Shown in pieces: positions 22,619-31,593 of a DNA stretch of 64,000 nt (within the stretch, counting starts at the first letter, position 1; each line of letters starts with the position of its first letter). The notes beneath the pieces were generated by a model. The model was not told the DNA's origin. It ran no database searches and worked only from the letters and a program-made list of their open reading frames with translations. The translations under genes were made by a program, and so were the position numbers. Origin of the DNA: an uncultured Xenococcaceae cyanobacterium (GTDB taxonomy: Bacteria > Cyanobacteriota > Cyanobacteriia > Cyanobacteriales > Xenococcaceae); NCBI GenBank assembly GCA_937996665.1, contig CALKUU010000263.1, forward strand, positions 1,337-65,336, written 5' to 3'.

Positions 22619-23461
22619 TTAATAGTGTAAGGGAACTGTTGCCCAAGGGATTAAGAGTAGTAGTAACCAACTCCAATAAAAGAAATTGGGAGAAGTTGGC
22701 AAGGGCTTATTGTTAATTAAGGCATCGATTCTTTGCGCTAGGCGATTGTCGGCGATCGGTAAGGAAAAACAAGCCGTAAAACAATTGTTTCCTGTCAAAG
22801 GATTTTGAACAACTTTTAGCAAAGATTCTGCTAGGGTCAGGGCATCAACCCTTTTTGCTGCTTTAAGGTCGGCTCTAATTTCTCTTAACAGCAAGAGTTC
22901 TTGCCATAGTATCTCTGTGCTTTTAAGCCAGCAAGTACTGTTTTTAAGCCAACCCAACCAAAAGAAATAGAACGTATCGCGATAATAGTAGTGAGCTTGT
23001 TCGTGCTCTATAACTGCGTTTAATTGGGGTTGATCGAGGATGTTTACCAAACTTTGACTGATAACTAGTTGTGGTTGCCAGAAGCCAATTTGGGCAATAT
23101 AGGGCAAATCTAGGGGGATAAGCCTGACTTCTTGATCTTGGATTCTTGTGAGTGGATAAGTTTGAATTTGACGCTGCGAAATGAAGACCTGTCGAGCTAG
23201 GATCACTAACTTGAATAACAACCAAGCGGTAAACAGTAGAGCTACACCATAGCCAAATTGACTGGCTTTGAGACCAAGCATATGACCTTCTGCACCCATC
23301 AACAGAACCGAACTGATCGTAGTGATCAAGATTAAGGGTGGGAAAAGAAATAGAAAAAGCGATCGCTGCCATCTTGTTTGCCAATCCCCATTTAGGGGAA
23401 TCGGGACGAGTCGCAAGCCAACTGCAAGGGCTAGAGCCGCTAAAATCATCATCAAGTGCAT
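22619..23461 (-). CDS. M56 (BlaR1-like) metallopeptidase
   Basis: HEQAH motif, REIRAD, TM segments; stop/start overlap with the BlaI gene. Confidence 0.88.
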   Translation of the reverse strand: MHLMMILAALALAVGLRLVPIPLNGDWQTRWQRSLFLFLFPPLILITTISSVLLMGAEGHMLGLKASQFGYGVALLFTAWLLFKLVILARQVFISQRQIQTYPLTRIQDQEVRLIPLDLPYIAQIGFWQPQLVISQSLVNILDQPQLNAVIEHEQAHYYYRDTFYFFWLGWLKNSTCWLKSTEILWQELLLLREIRADLKAAKRVDALTLAESLLKVVQNPLTGNNCFTACFSLPIADNRLAQRIDALINNKPLPTSPNFFYWSWLLLLLIPWATVPLHY

Positions 23462-23892
23462 CAGTGCTGCTCCTCCCTTTGCTGTCTAATTACTTTAAGC
23501 TTGGCGGCAATCTTTTCGATTTGTTCGAGACTAGCATTATCTAGTTGATCGGCAAAAGCAGCAACCATTTCAGCATTGCCAACAGCTAGGAATTTGTTTA
23601 AGTGGTCGTATGCTTGCAAAGATTGAGCTTGGTGTCGGGATACTTTAGCTTCCCACTGAAAGGCTCTCCCTTTTTTTTCCTGTTTTTGACATACTAGCCA
23701 ACCCTTTTCGGTTAGACGACGTAAAACTGTGGTGACAGAAGTATAGGCTAATTCTCGGTTAGGGTCAGTTAAGATGCGATCATGGACATCTTTTACCGTT
23801 ACTTTTCCTAGTTGCCAAATAATGGCTAAAATCTCTTTTTCTAGGTTCCCTAGTGACATTTTATGGGGGCGATAGTTAGGCAGTGGGGTCAT
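23461..23892 (-). CDS. BlaI/MecI/CopY family repressor
   Basis: LGNLEKEILAIIW, LAYTSVTTVLRRLTEKGWL winged helix. Confidence 0.92.
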   Translation of the reverse strand: MTPLPNYRPHKMSLGNLEKEILAIIWQLGKVTVKDVHDRILTDPNRELAYTSVTTVLRRLTEKGWLVCQKQEKKGRAFQWEAKVSRHQAQSLQAYDHLNKFLAVGNAEMVAAFADQLDNASLEQIEKIAAKLKVIRQQREEQH

Positions 23893-23899
23893 ACTTTGT

Positions 23900-23926
23900 C
23901 AATATGTAGTGGGCAATATGTAGTGG
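23900..23926. promoter_or_regulatory. 13-bp direct repeat immediately upstream of the BlaI-family gene
   Basis: CAATATGTAGTGG at 23900-23912 and 23914-23926. Confidence 0.5.
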
Positions 23927-24031
23927 TTAAAGCTAAAGAAAGCGTGTTCAAGAAAATAGGCTCAAAAATGTAATTATTTCTGGTTAGATTGTTTTGAGAA
24001 AACATTGTTTATTTGTTTTATTCGGCTTTTT

Positions 24032-24517
24032 CTAAAGTCCCTCCCCTTTGAGGTAAGCTATTCCCATTACGAGAACCAAGCAGCCGACAAAGGTGCAGCC
24101 CAAAAGAACCAACACAAAAACTTCACCTGAGGAAAGGGGGCGATCTGTTGGATCTAGGTAGGCGTGATTAGATTGTGGAATTTTGGAATTTTCTCTTTCC
24201 CAACCTTGAGGTGCTTGAATAACGTTGAGACGAGAATAGCCAATTTTGAGATCGTATAAAGATCGCTTTTCTGGTCTACTGAGAACTGCATAAGCTTCAT
24301 TCAGTCTTTGAAATTTGGCGGTGGCAACTGAAGGAGCTAATTCTGTGGTGTCGGGATGGTATTTTTTGCTCAATCGACGATAGCTACGCCGAATCTCAAC
24401 TGCCTCGGCAGCAGGATGTAGCCCTAGTAAATCGTAATGAGTCTTGGCTAGGCGGGAATTTTTGGGTAGGTTTTTACCTCTTACCCTCGTTTGTTGCTGT
24501 TGGCGATCGCTACTCAC
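24032..24517 (-). CDS. J-domain protein with C-terminal TM helix
   Basis: THYDLLGL, KKYHPDT, FQRLNEAYAVLS. Confidence 0.9.
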   Translation of the reverse strand: MSSDRQQQQTRVRGKNLPKNSRLAKTHYDLLGLHPAAEAVEIRRSYRRLSKKYHPDTTELAPSVATAKFQRLNEAYAVLSRPEKRSLYDLKIGYSRLNVIQAPQGWERENSKIPQSNHAYLDPTDRPLSSGEVFVLVLLGCTFVGCLVLVMGIAYLKGEGL

Positions 24518-24774
24518 GAAAAAATTTATTTATAACCTAAATTTCCAATACTCCTATAGTTAACGAATTCCTACCCATAAATCAACTATTGTTGCAGGAT
24601 GGATAGGAATTAATTAAGGATCTGAGACTAGCTGGCTATATCTTTTTAGTAAGGGACTTACGATTATCTATAGATTTGGATCTTAAATTTCTACTTATTT
24701 ATTTTGATTAGTTTTCATTCGTCGCATACTACGAGTACAGCGCAGCTTACTCGCTAGTTAGACGAGGCGATAAC

Positions 24775-25188
24775 TCACGCTTTAGGGGGCTGTGGTTTTT
24801 CTTGGTTTTGAATATATTTAACTATTACATCGAACTCAGCACCTTTGGAAATCGATTTTAATCCATAGCTGCTAGACCAAAAATAAGGTTTCCAGAAATA
24901 GTTAGCTAGATATTCAGAATACTCCTTTCTAATTAGCCTAGAGCTAACTGTTTTTAAGTTGGCTATTAGTTGTGACAAATTTAGTGAAGGATGAGCCTCA
25001 AATAGCAAATGGACATGGTCTGTTTCTCCTGAAAAACTAACAATGCTACACCGCCATTTACTCAACGTGTCTCTAAATATAGATTCTAGTCTTTGCAAAA
25101 TTTCTTCAGTGATTAATTTGTGTCTATACTTAACCTGTAAAGTAAGATGATAATATATCTCAAAAGCTGCATGATTCATGCTTCTCAT
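24775..25188 (-). CDS. tnpA: Y1 (HUH) transposase TnpA
   Basis: YHLTLQVKYR, GETDHVHLL (HUH), LKTVSSRLIR, FWSSSY, KYIQNQ catalytic Tyr. Confidence 0.95.
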   Translation of the reverse strand: MRSMNHAAFEIYYHLTLQVKYRHKLITEEILQRLESIFRDTLSKWRCSIVSFSGETDHVHLLFEAHPSLNLSQLIANLKTVSSRLIRKEYSEYLANYFWKPYFWSSSYGLKSISKGAEFDVIVKYIQNQEKPQPPKA

Positions 25189-25228
25189 GGTTTAACTTTA
25201 GCATTAAGTAAATGGTAATGTAAGCATT

Positions 25229-26596
25229 ATGCCAAAGATAATCAGAACAGACAAATGGGCATTATCGCCTGATAAAAATCAGTTACTAATCCTTGAAGAT
25301 ACAGTAACGATTTATCGCGACATGGTTCGTCGTCTGATTTCGATTGTCAACTTGCGTTGGAAAGAGATAGCCATAGCTGAAGCGCAGCAAAGATATGTGG
25401 AGCAGTTGTTTCAAGCCACGAAAAACAATCCAATCCCCAAGTTTGGCAAGTTTTTTGGACTAGGAACGAAGCTATACAAATTTCCTTCCTACTTAAGACG
25501 GGCAGCAATCAACGATGCTATTGGGCATGTCTCCTCGTTCCACACCAGATATCATGATTGGCAAGGTGGCAGAAGAAAAAGAAGAACTGCTAACCCACCA
25601 GGGTTAAACACTAGTTGTGGCGTCTATCCTGACTTGTACAAAAATCAGTGCATCAAAGTAACTGCCAATTACTCACAGGCAGAAATCAAAGTCTACAAAG
25701 ATAATGATTGGGTATGGGAAACAATCAAGATTGGCAGCTTATCTCGTCGTCATTTAATCCCAGGAGTAAAGCAATTATCACCTACTTTGGTTGTTAGAAA
25801 TGGCTCAGCTAGCTTGTCTGTTCCCTATTGGATACCAAGAGTAAAAGGCAATCAAACCGACAAGTACTGTGGGGTAGACATGGGGATAAATACCACTGCT
25901 GTTTGTTCAATAGTAGATGAGTCTGGATTAGTTCATGCTCGAAAGTTTATCCATGATGGCAAATCTCTAGATAAACGAGACAAGCACCTTGCCCGTATCA
26001 GAAGAAAAGCTAAATTGACCAAGAAGCTACATAAAGGATTTGCTAAAACAAACTATCGTAAGGCAGCTAATATCAGCAAAAATATAGCTAATCAAACAGC
26101 TAAGCAGATAATTAACTTTGCTATTGCCAACGATGCTACGACAGTTGCAATAGAGAATCTTCGTAACTGGAAACCAAAAGGAGGAAAAAGAAAATCTAGT
26201 CTCAAACAAAGATTCCATGGATGGGTCAAGTCTGCTATTGCTGACAGGCTAGAGCAGCTAGGACAAGAATATGGAATTAAGATAGTATTAGTCTACGCAC
26301 GAGGCACATCAAGCACAGCCTACGACGGAACTGGTAAAGTCAAACGAGATAAAGATAACTATGCACTTGGAACATTTTCAACTAAGAAAAGATATTCGAT
26401 AGACCTGAGTGCTTCGTACAATATTGCAGCTAGATATATAGCGCACAAACTTAAGCTTGCCACTAAAGGGGGTAAGTTACTTGTCAGCAAAAGTTCTGGC
26501 AGTAAGCCTAGAAGTTGGGCTAGTTTATCAACATTGTGGAGTAAGACCTATGATAATGATAAACCAGATACCTCGACTACAGCACTTAGTGCTTAG
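25229..26596 (+). CDS. tnpB: RNA-guided endonuclease TnpB
   Basis: RuvC triad GVDMG (D), VAIENL (E), IDLSASYNIA (D); 455 aa. Confidence 0.92.
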   Translation: MPKIIRTDKWALSPDKNQLLILEDTVTIYRDMVRRLISIVNLRWKEIAIAEAQQRYVEQLFQATKNNPIPKFGKFFGLGTKLYKFPSYLRRAAINDAIGHVSSFHTRYHDWQGGRRKRRTANPPGLNTSCGVYPDLYKNQCIKVTANYSQAEIKVYKDNDWVWETIKIGSLSRRHLIPGVKQLSPTLVVRNGSASLSVPYWIPRVKGNQTDKYCGVDMGINTTAVCSIVDESGLVHARKFIHDGKSLDKRDKHLARIRRKAKLTKKLHKGFAKTNYRKAANISKNIANQTAKQIINFAIANDATTVAIENLRNWKPKGGKRKSSLKQRFHGWVKSAIADRLEQLGQEYGIKIVLVYARGTSSTAYDGTGKVKRDKDNYALGTFSTKKRYSIDLSASYNIAARYIAHKLKLATKGGKLLVSKSSGSKPRSWASLSTLWSKTYDNDKPDTSTTALSA

Positions 26597-26647
26597 TCGC
26601 TGGAGGCTTCATAATTGCTAGTGTTTTTTTCTTACAGGATCTTAAAT

Positions 26648-27145
26648 TCAATTTTGCCAGGAACTATATAGTTTTTGCCAAATTGAGCTAAATGTTTGTT
26701 TAACCTCATTGCGAAAGCTCCAGCGTTGGAATGCTCTTTCGTAATCTTCTTGCTTGCTATGGAAAGTTTTCCACCAGCTTAGAGAAATCCCCAAGCCCCA
26801 GAAAAGCAAAATATACAGAGACCAGGAAATTCCCCCTGTCGTGATTAGGTTGAGGGATACAAAAAAGGCATTAACAATTGCATACTTAATGGTTTTTTGC
26901 TTGAAAATATTTCGACGATACAAATCGAAAGCATGACGCTTTTCCGAAACGCCCTTATATTGTAGCCATTGATTTTCGGAAGCTTGTAGGGTTTGGATAT
27001 CAATTTCCAGTTCGTCAGCAATTTCCCAAAGTTGCTTTCTGGTTAACTCATCCTCCTCGCCTTTGCGAGCCAGGGCGATCTGAATTATCTGTTGAATATC
27101 TTCGGAGCTATAAACTTCTGGGTATTTTATGGGAGAATCAGTCAT
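26648..27145 (-). CDS. 2TM domain-containing protein
   Basis: YSSEDIQQIIQIALAR, ELWEIADEL-like segment, two TM helices with LFWGLGI. Confidence 0.85.
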   Translation of the reverse strand: MTDSPIKYPEVYSSEDIQQIIQIALARKGEEDELTRKQLWEIADELEIDIQTLQASENQWLQYKGVSEKRHAFDLYRRNIFKQKTIKYAIVNAFFVSLNLITTGGISWSLYILLFWGLGISLSWWKTFHSKQEDYERAFQRWSFRNEVKQTFSSIWQKLYSSWQN

Positions 27146-27467
27146 GGTTTTTGCAGTTATCTCTCATCTTAAATATTATGCTGAAAAAGCAATATTTGTA
27201 ACCGTACCAATCGTGACGGTTTTTACTATAACTTAGGGAGATCTCTTAATCGTCATAATTCGTTACAATCATGTCAACTGTAATAAATGTGATTATCGCT
27301 CGGATTGGAGAAGCTTTAAGATTAGAGAAGAAGGAATAGGGGATAATTGGTAAATATCTCGGCTAAGAGAAATTTTATTCTTAATTTTCGCAATTTTCTG
27401 AATTTTAGAGGCTAAAATTCATCCTCGATAAAAAAAAGAATTCAAAAAAGGATAGGAGAAAAATCCT

Positions 27468-28607
27468 ATGAATAATAACGGTAATAATCTTCAAATCGGG
27501 AATCTATTTGGTATCCCCTTTTTCATAAATCCCTCTTGGTTTTTCGTTTTAGGGCTAGTGACATTGAGTTATGGAAGCGATTTGGCTCGTTTTCCTCAGC
27601 TAAGTGGTGCTGTCCCCTGGTTATTGGGCTTAGTTGCGGCTTTGCTGCTGTTTGCTTCTGTTTTAGCCCATGAGTTGGGTCATAGTTTCGCTGCGATCGC
27701 TCAAGGAATTAAGGTTAAATCGATCACTCTCTTTATTTTTGGTGGTTTAGCTTCTTTAGAGAAAGAGTCAGAAACTCCTTTTCAGTCACTATTAGTTGCG
27801 ATCGCCGGTCCCTTGGTCAGTGTTTTGCTCTTCGGTATTTTTCTGCTGATTAATACTACTTTGTCTTTACCCGCACCGATTAGTGCTATTTGCCAATTGC
27901 TCGCCTCAATTAATTTGGTGTTGGCACTGTTCAATATGATTCCTGGTCTTCCTTTAGATGGTGGCAATGTTCTTAAGGCGATCGTCTGGAAAATTACAGG
28001 CAACCCTAACAAAGGCATCATCATCGCTGGTCGAGTTGGTCAGTTCTTTGGTTACTTGGCAGTTGGTTTTGGTATTTTAGGAATTCTCAAAATTCTTCCT
28101 TTTGGTAGTTTTTGGACATTGCTAATTGGTTGGTTCTTACTGCAAAATGCTGGTTTTGCTGCTCAATCGGCAACTGTGCAAGACAAGTTAGATGGCTTTA
28201 CTGCTGAAGATGCGGTCATTCCTGACAGTCCTATTGTTCCTGCTGATTTAACTCTCAGAGACTTTGCTAATGAATATGTAATTGGTAAACAGAAATGGCG
28301 CAAATTCTTGGTTGTGGATGAAACTAGACATTTGCTTGGGGAAGTTTTTGTTGATGATCTCAAGACTGTCCCTACCTCAGAGTGGACACAGGTCAGACTT
28401 ACTGGTCTAATCAAGCCTGTTAGCGAAGTTACTAAAATCGCTGCTACTCTTTCCCTGCTCGAAGTTGTCAAACTAATCGAGACTCAAAATATCAAGGAAA
28501 TGGTGGTAATTAAGGAAGATCAAGAAGTTTTAGGCTTGCTAGAGAAAACCTCAATTTTTGAGTTACTTCAGCAAGATGCGCAGGGTGAAGCTATCAAAAA
28601 AGCTTAG
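27468..28607 (+). CDS. Site-2 protease (M50) with C-terminal CBS-like domains
   Basis: HELGH, VAIAGPLVS, FNMIPGLPLDGG. Confidence 0.92.
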   Translation: MNNNGNNLQIGNLFGIPFFINPSWFFVLGLVTLSYGSDLARFPQLSGAVPWLLGLVAALLLFASVLAHELGHSFAAIAQGIKVKSITLFIFGGLASLEKESETPFQSLLVAIAGPLVSVLLFGIFLLINTTLSLPAPISAICQLLASINLVLALFNMIPGLPLDGGNVLKAIVWKITGNPNKGIIIAGRVGQFFGYLAVGFGILGILKILPFGSFWTLLIGWFLLQNAGFAAQSATVQDKLDGFTAEDAVIPDSPIVPADLTLRDFANEYVIGKQKWRKFLVVDETRHLLGEVFVDDLKTVPTSEWTQVRLTGLIKPVSEVTKIAATLSLLEVVKLIETQNIKEMVVIKEDQEVLGLLEKTSIFELLQQDAQGEAIKKA

Positions 28608-28648
28608 AGTTAGATCTCTTAAGTTTTGCCCTCTTGAAATTAGAGTCA

Positions 28649-28695
28649 AAAAAACCTGATGAACTGTTTTTTACAAACTAGGCATCAGGTTTTTT
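28649..28695. terminator. Bidirectional stem-loop between the M50 gene and ndhN
   Basis: AAAAAACCTGATG / CATCAGGTTTTTT 13-bp inverted repeat. Confidence 0.55.
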
Positions 28696-28724
28696 AGTAA
28701 GTTTTTTGGTCTTATTTTTTTTCG

Positions 28725-29201
28725 TTAAGCTGCTTTGAGGGTTTCTGCTAAAGGTTGCCAATGGATACGGCGATCGCCTCCAACTTCGAGGACTACCTTA
28801 ATTTTGGGTTCTTTTTTAGTTAAGCTAATCAAATCTTCTTTCTCTTGGCGAGATAGAATATGACCTTCAATAATCCACAAAACCAGCCCTTTAGAATCAG
28901 CAGGCAAAGATTCTAATTCGTAAGTAGCGATGGGTGGTACGAAGTAAACTTGTCCAACTGCTGCATCTTGTCCAATCGTCTTTTTGCCTAGATGAGGTGG
29001 TCTGATGCCATGGATTGTAGTCAGGTAAGCCGCAATATCCCCTAATCCTCTGGCAGTTATGTTCAAAGTTTGATAGCCAGCAGCTCGAACTCTTCTTTGG
29101 AATCGTCCTTCGATTCCACCTTCGAGAGGCACATAGATCCCTAATGCACCAGATTTTTCGAGATCGCGAATAAATGATTTACCTGTAATGATTAATGGCA
29201 T
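28725..29201 (-). CDS. ndhN: NDH-1 subunit N
   Basis: MPLIITGKSFIRDLEKSGALG; GIRPPHLGK. Confidence 0.95.
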   Translation of the reverse strand: MPLIITGKSFIRDLEKSGALGIYVPLEGGIEGRFQRRVRAAGYQTLNITARGLGDIAAYLTTIHGIRPPHLGKKTIGQDAAVGQVYFVPPIATYELESLPADSKGLVLWIIEGHILSRQEKEDLISLTKKEPKIKVVLEVGGDRRIHWQPLAETLKAA

Positions 29202-29593
29202 AGGAATTTTACTAAAGTGAAAAACGGCGCGCTACAAGTTTGGCTAGAACTATATTGTACTTAACCACAGGCTAATTTTAGTGGGCTTTGAGGGATTATC
29301 TCAAGTAAAATCGATTATTTTTTGATATTTTGGTGACAACATTTGGCGAGTACACAATTAGCATTCCCAACTGTTTTAAAGTGAACTATCTGATCAAGGA
29401 TATGCTTTTCTTGTTTTTATGATTTTAAAAACAACCTTAATTTATATAGTTTGGTAATTTTTACCCTCAGCTAGAGAAATAACTATTTTGCGATCGTCAG
29501 ATAACGTGGCGATCAAGAACTGAAATTAGATCATCTAAATATTATTATCAACCCTCAAAGTCATGATTGATGATACTTTTGGCGATCAAATAT

Positions 29594-31300
29594 TTAAAGT
29601 TTCAGAATGCATTTTGCATCCATAACAGTGAGTTCATCACTAATAAAAGTCGTGCAAAGATCTTTATTTTTCAGAAGTGCAGAAGTTTGATTATTTTTTA
29701 AATCATAGACAACCCGGTTGTACTCTTCTCGATACTGCTTTATCCAGCGATTTTTAGTAACAAAGTCTAGATTGAAACTACGATCTTCAATTATCCAGTG
29801 AGTAATATGATGTTGCTGAATAAATGTTTTTACTAGATTGAGGTCAGGACTATATTGAGCAGTAATTAAAGCTTTAACTTTATCGGCAAAAGGTTTGTAA
29901 TAACCCAATTGATAGGGAACTGCATATTCGCTACTTACTAGCACAGAACGTTTGCTAAAAGAGGGCAAATAATTAGTTTCTTTAGTGAGAGAAGCAATTA
30001 CAGTATCCTTTGGTTGCTGTTTTAGATACTCGTATAGCTTGGGATGACGACCAATTTCGTAACCTGTAATTTTATAAGCTCTGGTAAGACTATAGTCAAA
30101 AAAACTACTATGAGAAAATAGGATGACCGCAATTACGGTGACAGAAATAAATAGTTTGCTTTTTTGCGGTGAGTGCTTTTTTTGCCAATATCGCCAGCAA
30201 GAATCTAAGATAATTGCGATTGCAATTCCACCGCAAAGATTCACCATAATTCTTAAACTATGACTCGTATAGCGAGATGGTAAATGTAGCTTAAATAATA
30301 CTAACTGAGCTAACAAGTACATTGCTAAAGAAGCTATTACTAGCTTGCTAACACAATTGAATTGAGGCGTAATTTTTCTGACTAAAGGGAATTGATTTGG
30401 CTTTTTTCTCAATAAAGGCAAAAGCAAACCGACGTATAGAATCGATGGTCTAAATGCTGTTTTCGAAATCATGATTCCTCTGCCGCTCCCAAAAAGATAT
30501 CCCCAAATAGTATCTTTGAAAAAATCCGCTCTTCCTTGAGAGTGAAATTCAGGCATGGCAAAAGCTTCAGCCCGAGTGATTATCGGGGCGTAATCAGAAG
30601 TTTTAACTGCGTAAGGTAATAAGACGAGAAAACCGATGATTAAACCAATAATGGCAAAATTACGTTCTTTAATATTCGGTGTAATACTGGGTGCAAACTT
30701 ATGCCAACGAATTAATTTTAGTAGCAACATTACCCAAGCAATCATTACCATTTGAGGGTAAAACAAGCTCAAAATAATTAGGCTAATCAAGCAAGGGATT
30801 AATTTCTGGTGGTTGAAGTATAAAAGAAATGCTAGAAAAAAAGGGTTCAAAAAAGCTCTGGGAGTTGCCGAAACTATATCATCCTTGAGCCATAGACTAT
30901 GGTTAATTAATAAAGTAGTCGTCAAACAACCCAGTGGGACAGGAAAAATAGTACGACACCATAAAAAAAAGTAGTAAGCGGTGATAATTCTTAAGGGAAT
31001 AGGAATTAACTTACCAAAAACAAAAGGATCGATGCCAAGCGCAAGACCAAGTCTATATAAAGATGTATAACCCCAAGGTGCAACTGACTGAAAATAATCG
31101 GCAATAAAATCGTTAGGAAACAATCCTGGTTCAGCATAGCGATTTAACCAAAAAACGTGTTGTCTCGCATCATCTTGTACGATCCAGTCTGTTGAAAAAG
31201 CTGTTTGTAAATCTAGCAACCCATAAAGTAAAGCTGACAGTAAGCTTGCTAGAAGAAAAACTTGCCATTGCCAAGATAGGTTGCTGATTTTTTTGCGCAC
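29594..31300 (-). CDS. Polytopic membrane protein, possibly GT-C-like
   Basis: About 10-12 TM segments; N-terminal luminal loop VQDDARQHVFW; soluble C-terminal domain. Confidence 0.55.
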   Translation of the reverse strand: MRKKISNLSWQWQVFLLASLLSALLYGLLDLQTAFSTDWIVQDDARQHVFWLNRYAEPGLFPNDFIADYFQSVAPWGYTSLYRLGLALGIDPFVFGKLIPIPLRIITAYYFFLWCRTIFPVPLGCLTTTLLINHSLWLKDDIVSATPRAFLNPFFLAFLLYFNHQKLIPCLISLIILSLFYPQMVMIAWVMLLLKLIRWHKFAPSITPNIKERNFAIIGLIIGFLVLLPYAVKTSDYAPIITRAEAFAMPEFHSQGRADFFKDTIWGYLFGSGRGIMISKTAFRPSILYVGLLLPLLRKKPNQFPLVRKITPQFNCVSKLVIASLAMYLLAQLVLFKLHLPSRYTSHSLRIMVNLCGGIAIAIILDSCWRYWQKKHSPQKSKLFISVTVIAVILFSHSSFFDYSLTRAYKITGYEIGRHPKLYEYLKQQPKDTVIASLTKETNYLPSFSKRSVLVSSEYAVPYQLGYYKPFADKVKALITAQYSPDLNLVKTFIQQHHITHWIIEDRSFNLDFVTKNRWIKQYREEYNRVVYDLKNNQTSALLKNKDLCTTFISDELTVMDAKCILKL

Positions 31301-31469
31301 ATCAGTAAGTATTAGAGAACAGGTAATAGTTAGTAAAACACATCTGACTCGAAGTTTTTTAACGATTGCGATTATTGGCTAATTACTAAAATTCTGTTCC
31401 CATAGCGGTTTCTCGCCTATCGAGAATTTCTTTGTCTAAGGTTAAAAACTCCCAAAGATAAGCTCGTCA

Positions 31470-31560
31470 AGGCAATTCCTGAATTAGCATCAAGTCTAAA
31501 GGTTCAAGCTATTTACTGGAATCTGGATGTCGAACCCTATTCTCAAGAGCGCGATCGCCA
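31470..31560 (+). pseudogene. Duplicated internal fragment of the photolyase gene
   Basis: 85/91 nt identical to 34088-34178; encodes AIPELASSLKVQAIYWNLDVEPYSQERDR; homology ends just after HIP1 at 31551-31558. Confidence 0.9.
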
Positions 31561-31593
31561 CAACATCTAGTAGATCTAACAGCAACAGTAAAT

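Larger units (their letters stand above)
24709..26611. mobile_element. IS200/IS605 family element, IS605 group (divergent tnpA and tnpB); ends approximate
   Basis: Left hairpin CGAGTA-C-AGC-GCA-GCT-TACTCG (24732-24753); right hairpin CGACTA-C-AGCAC-TTA-GTGCT-TAGTCG (26574-26599); TTCA at 26608-26611; TTGAT at 24704-24708. Confidence 0.88.

Noticed and set aside
22944-23384. 146-aa same-strand alternative frame inside the M56 gene
   Set aside because: Ser/Arg-rich, no motif and no RBS; most likely a chance frame.
24679-26648. GGATCTTAAATT present on both sides of the IS605 element (near 24679 and 26637)
   Set aside because: The copies do not abut the predicted ends, and IS605 elements do not make target duplications; likely chance in AT-rich DNA.
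31343-31381. Faint similarity to the phr start region (TCTGACTCGA...TTGCGATT...ATTGG)
   Set aside because: It needs large gaps to align; it may be eroded 5' phr but cannot be supported by eye.
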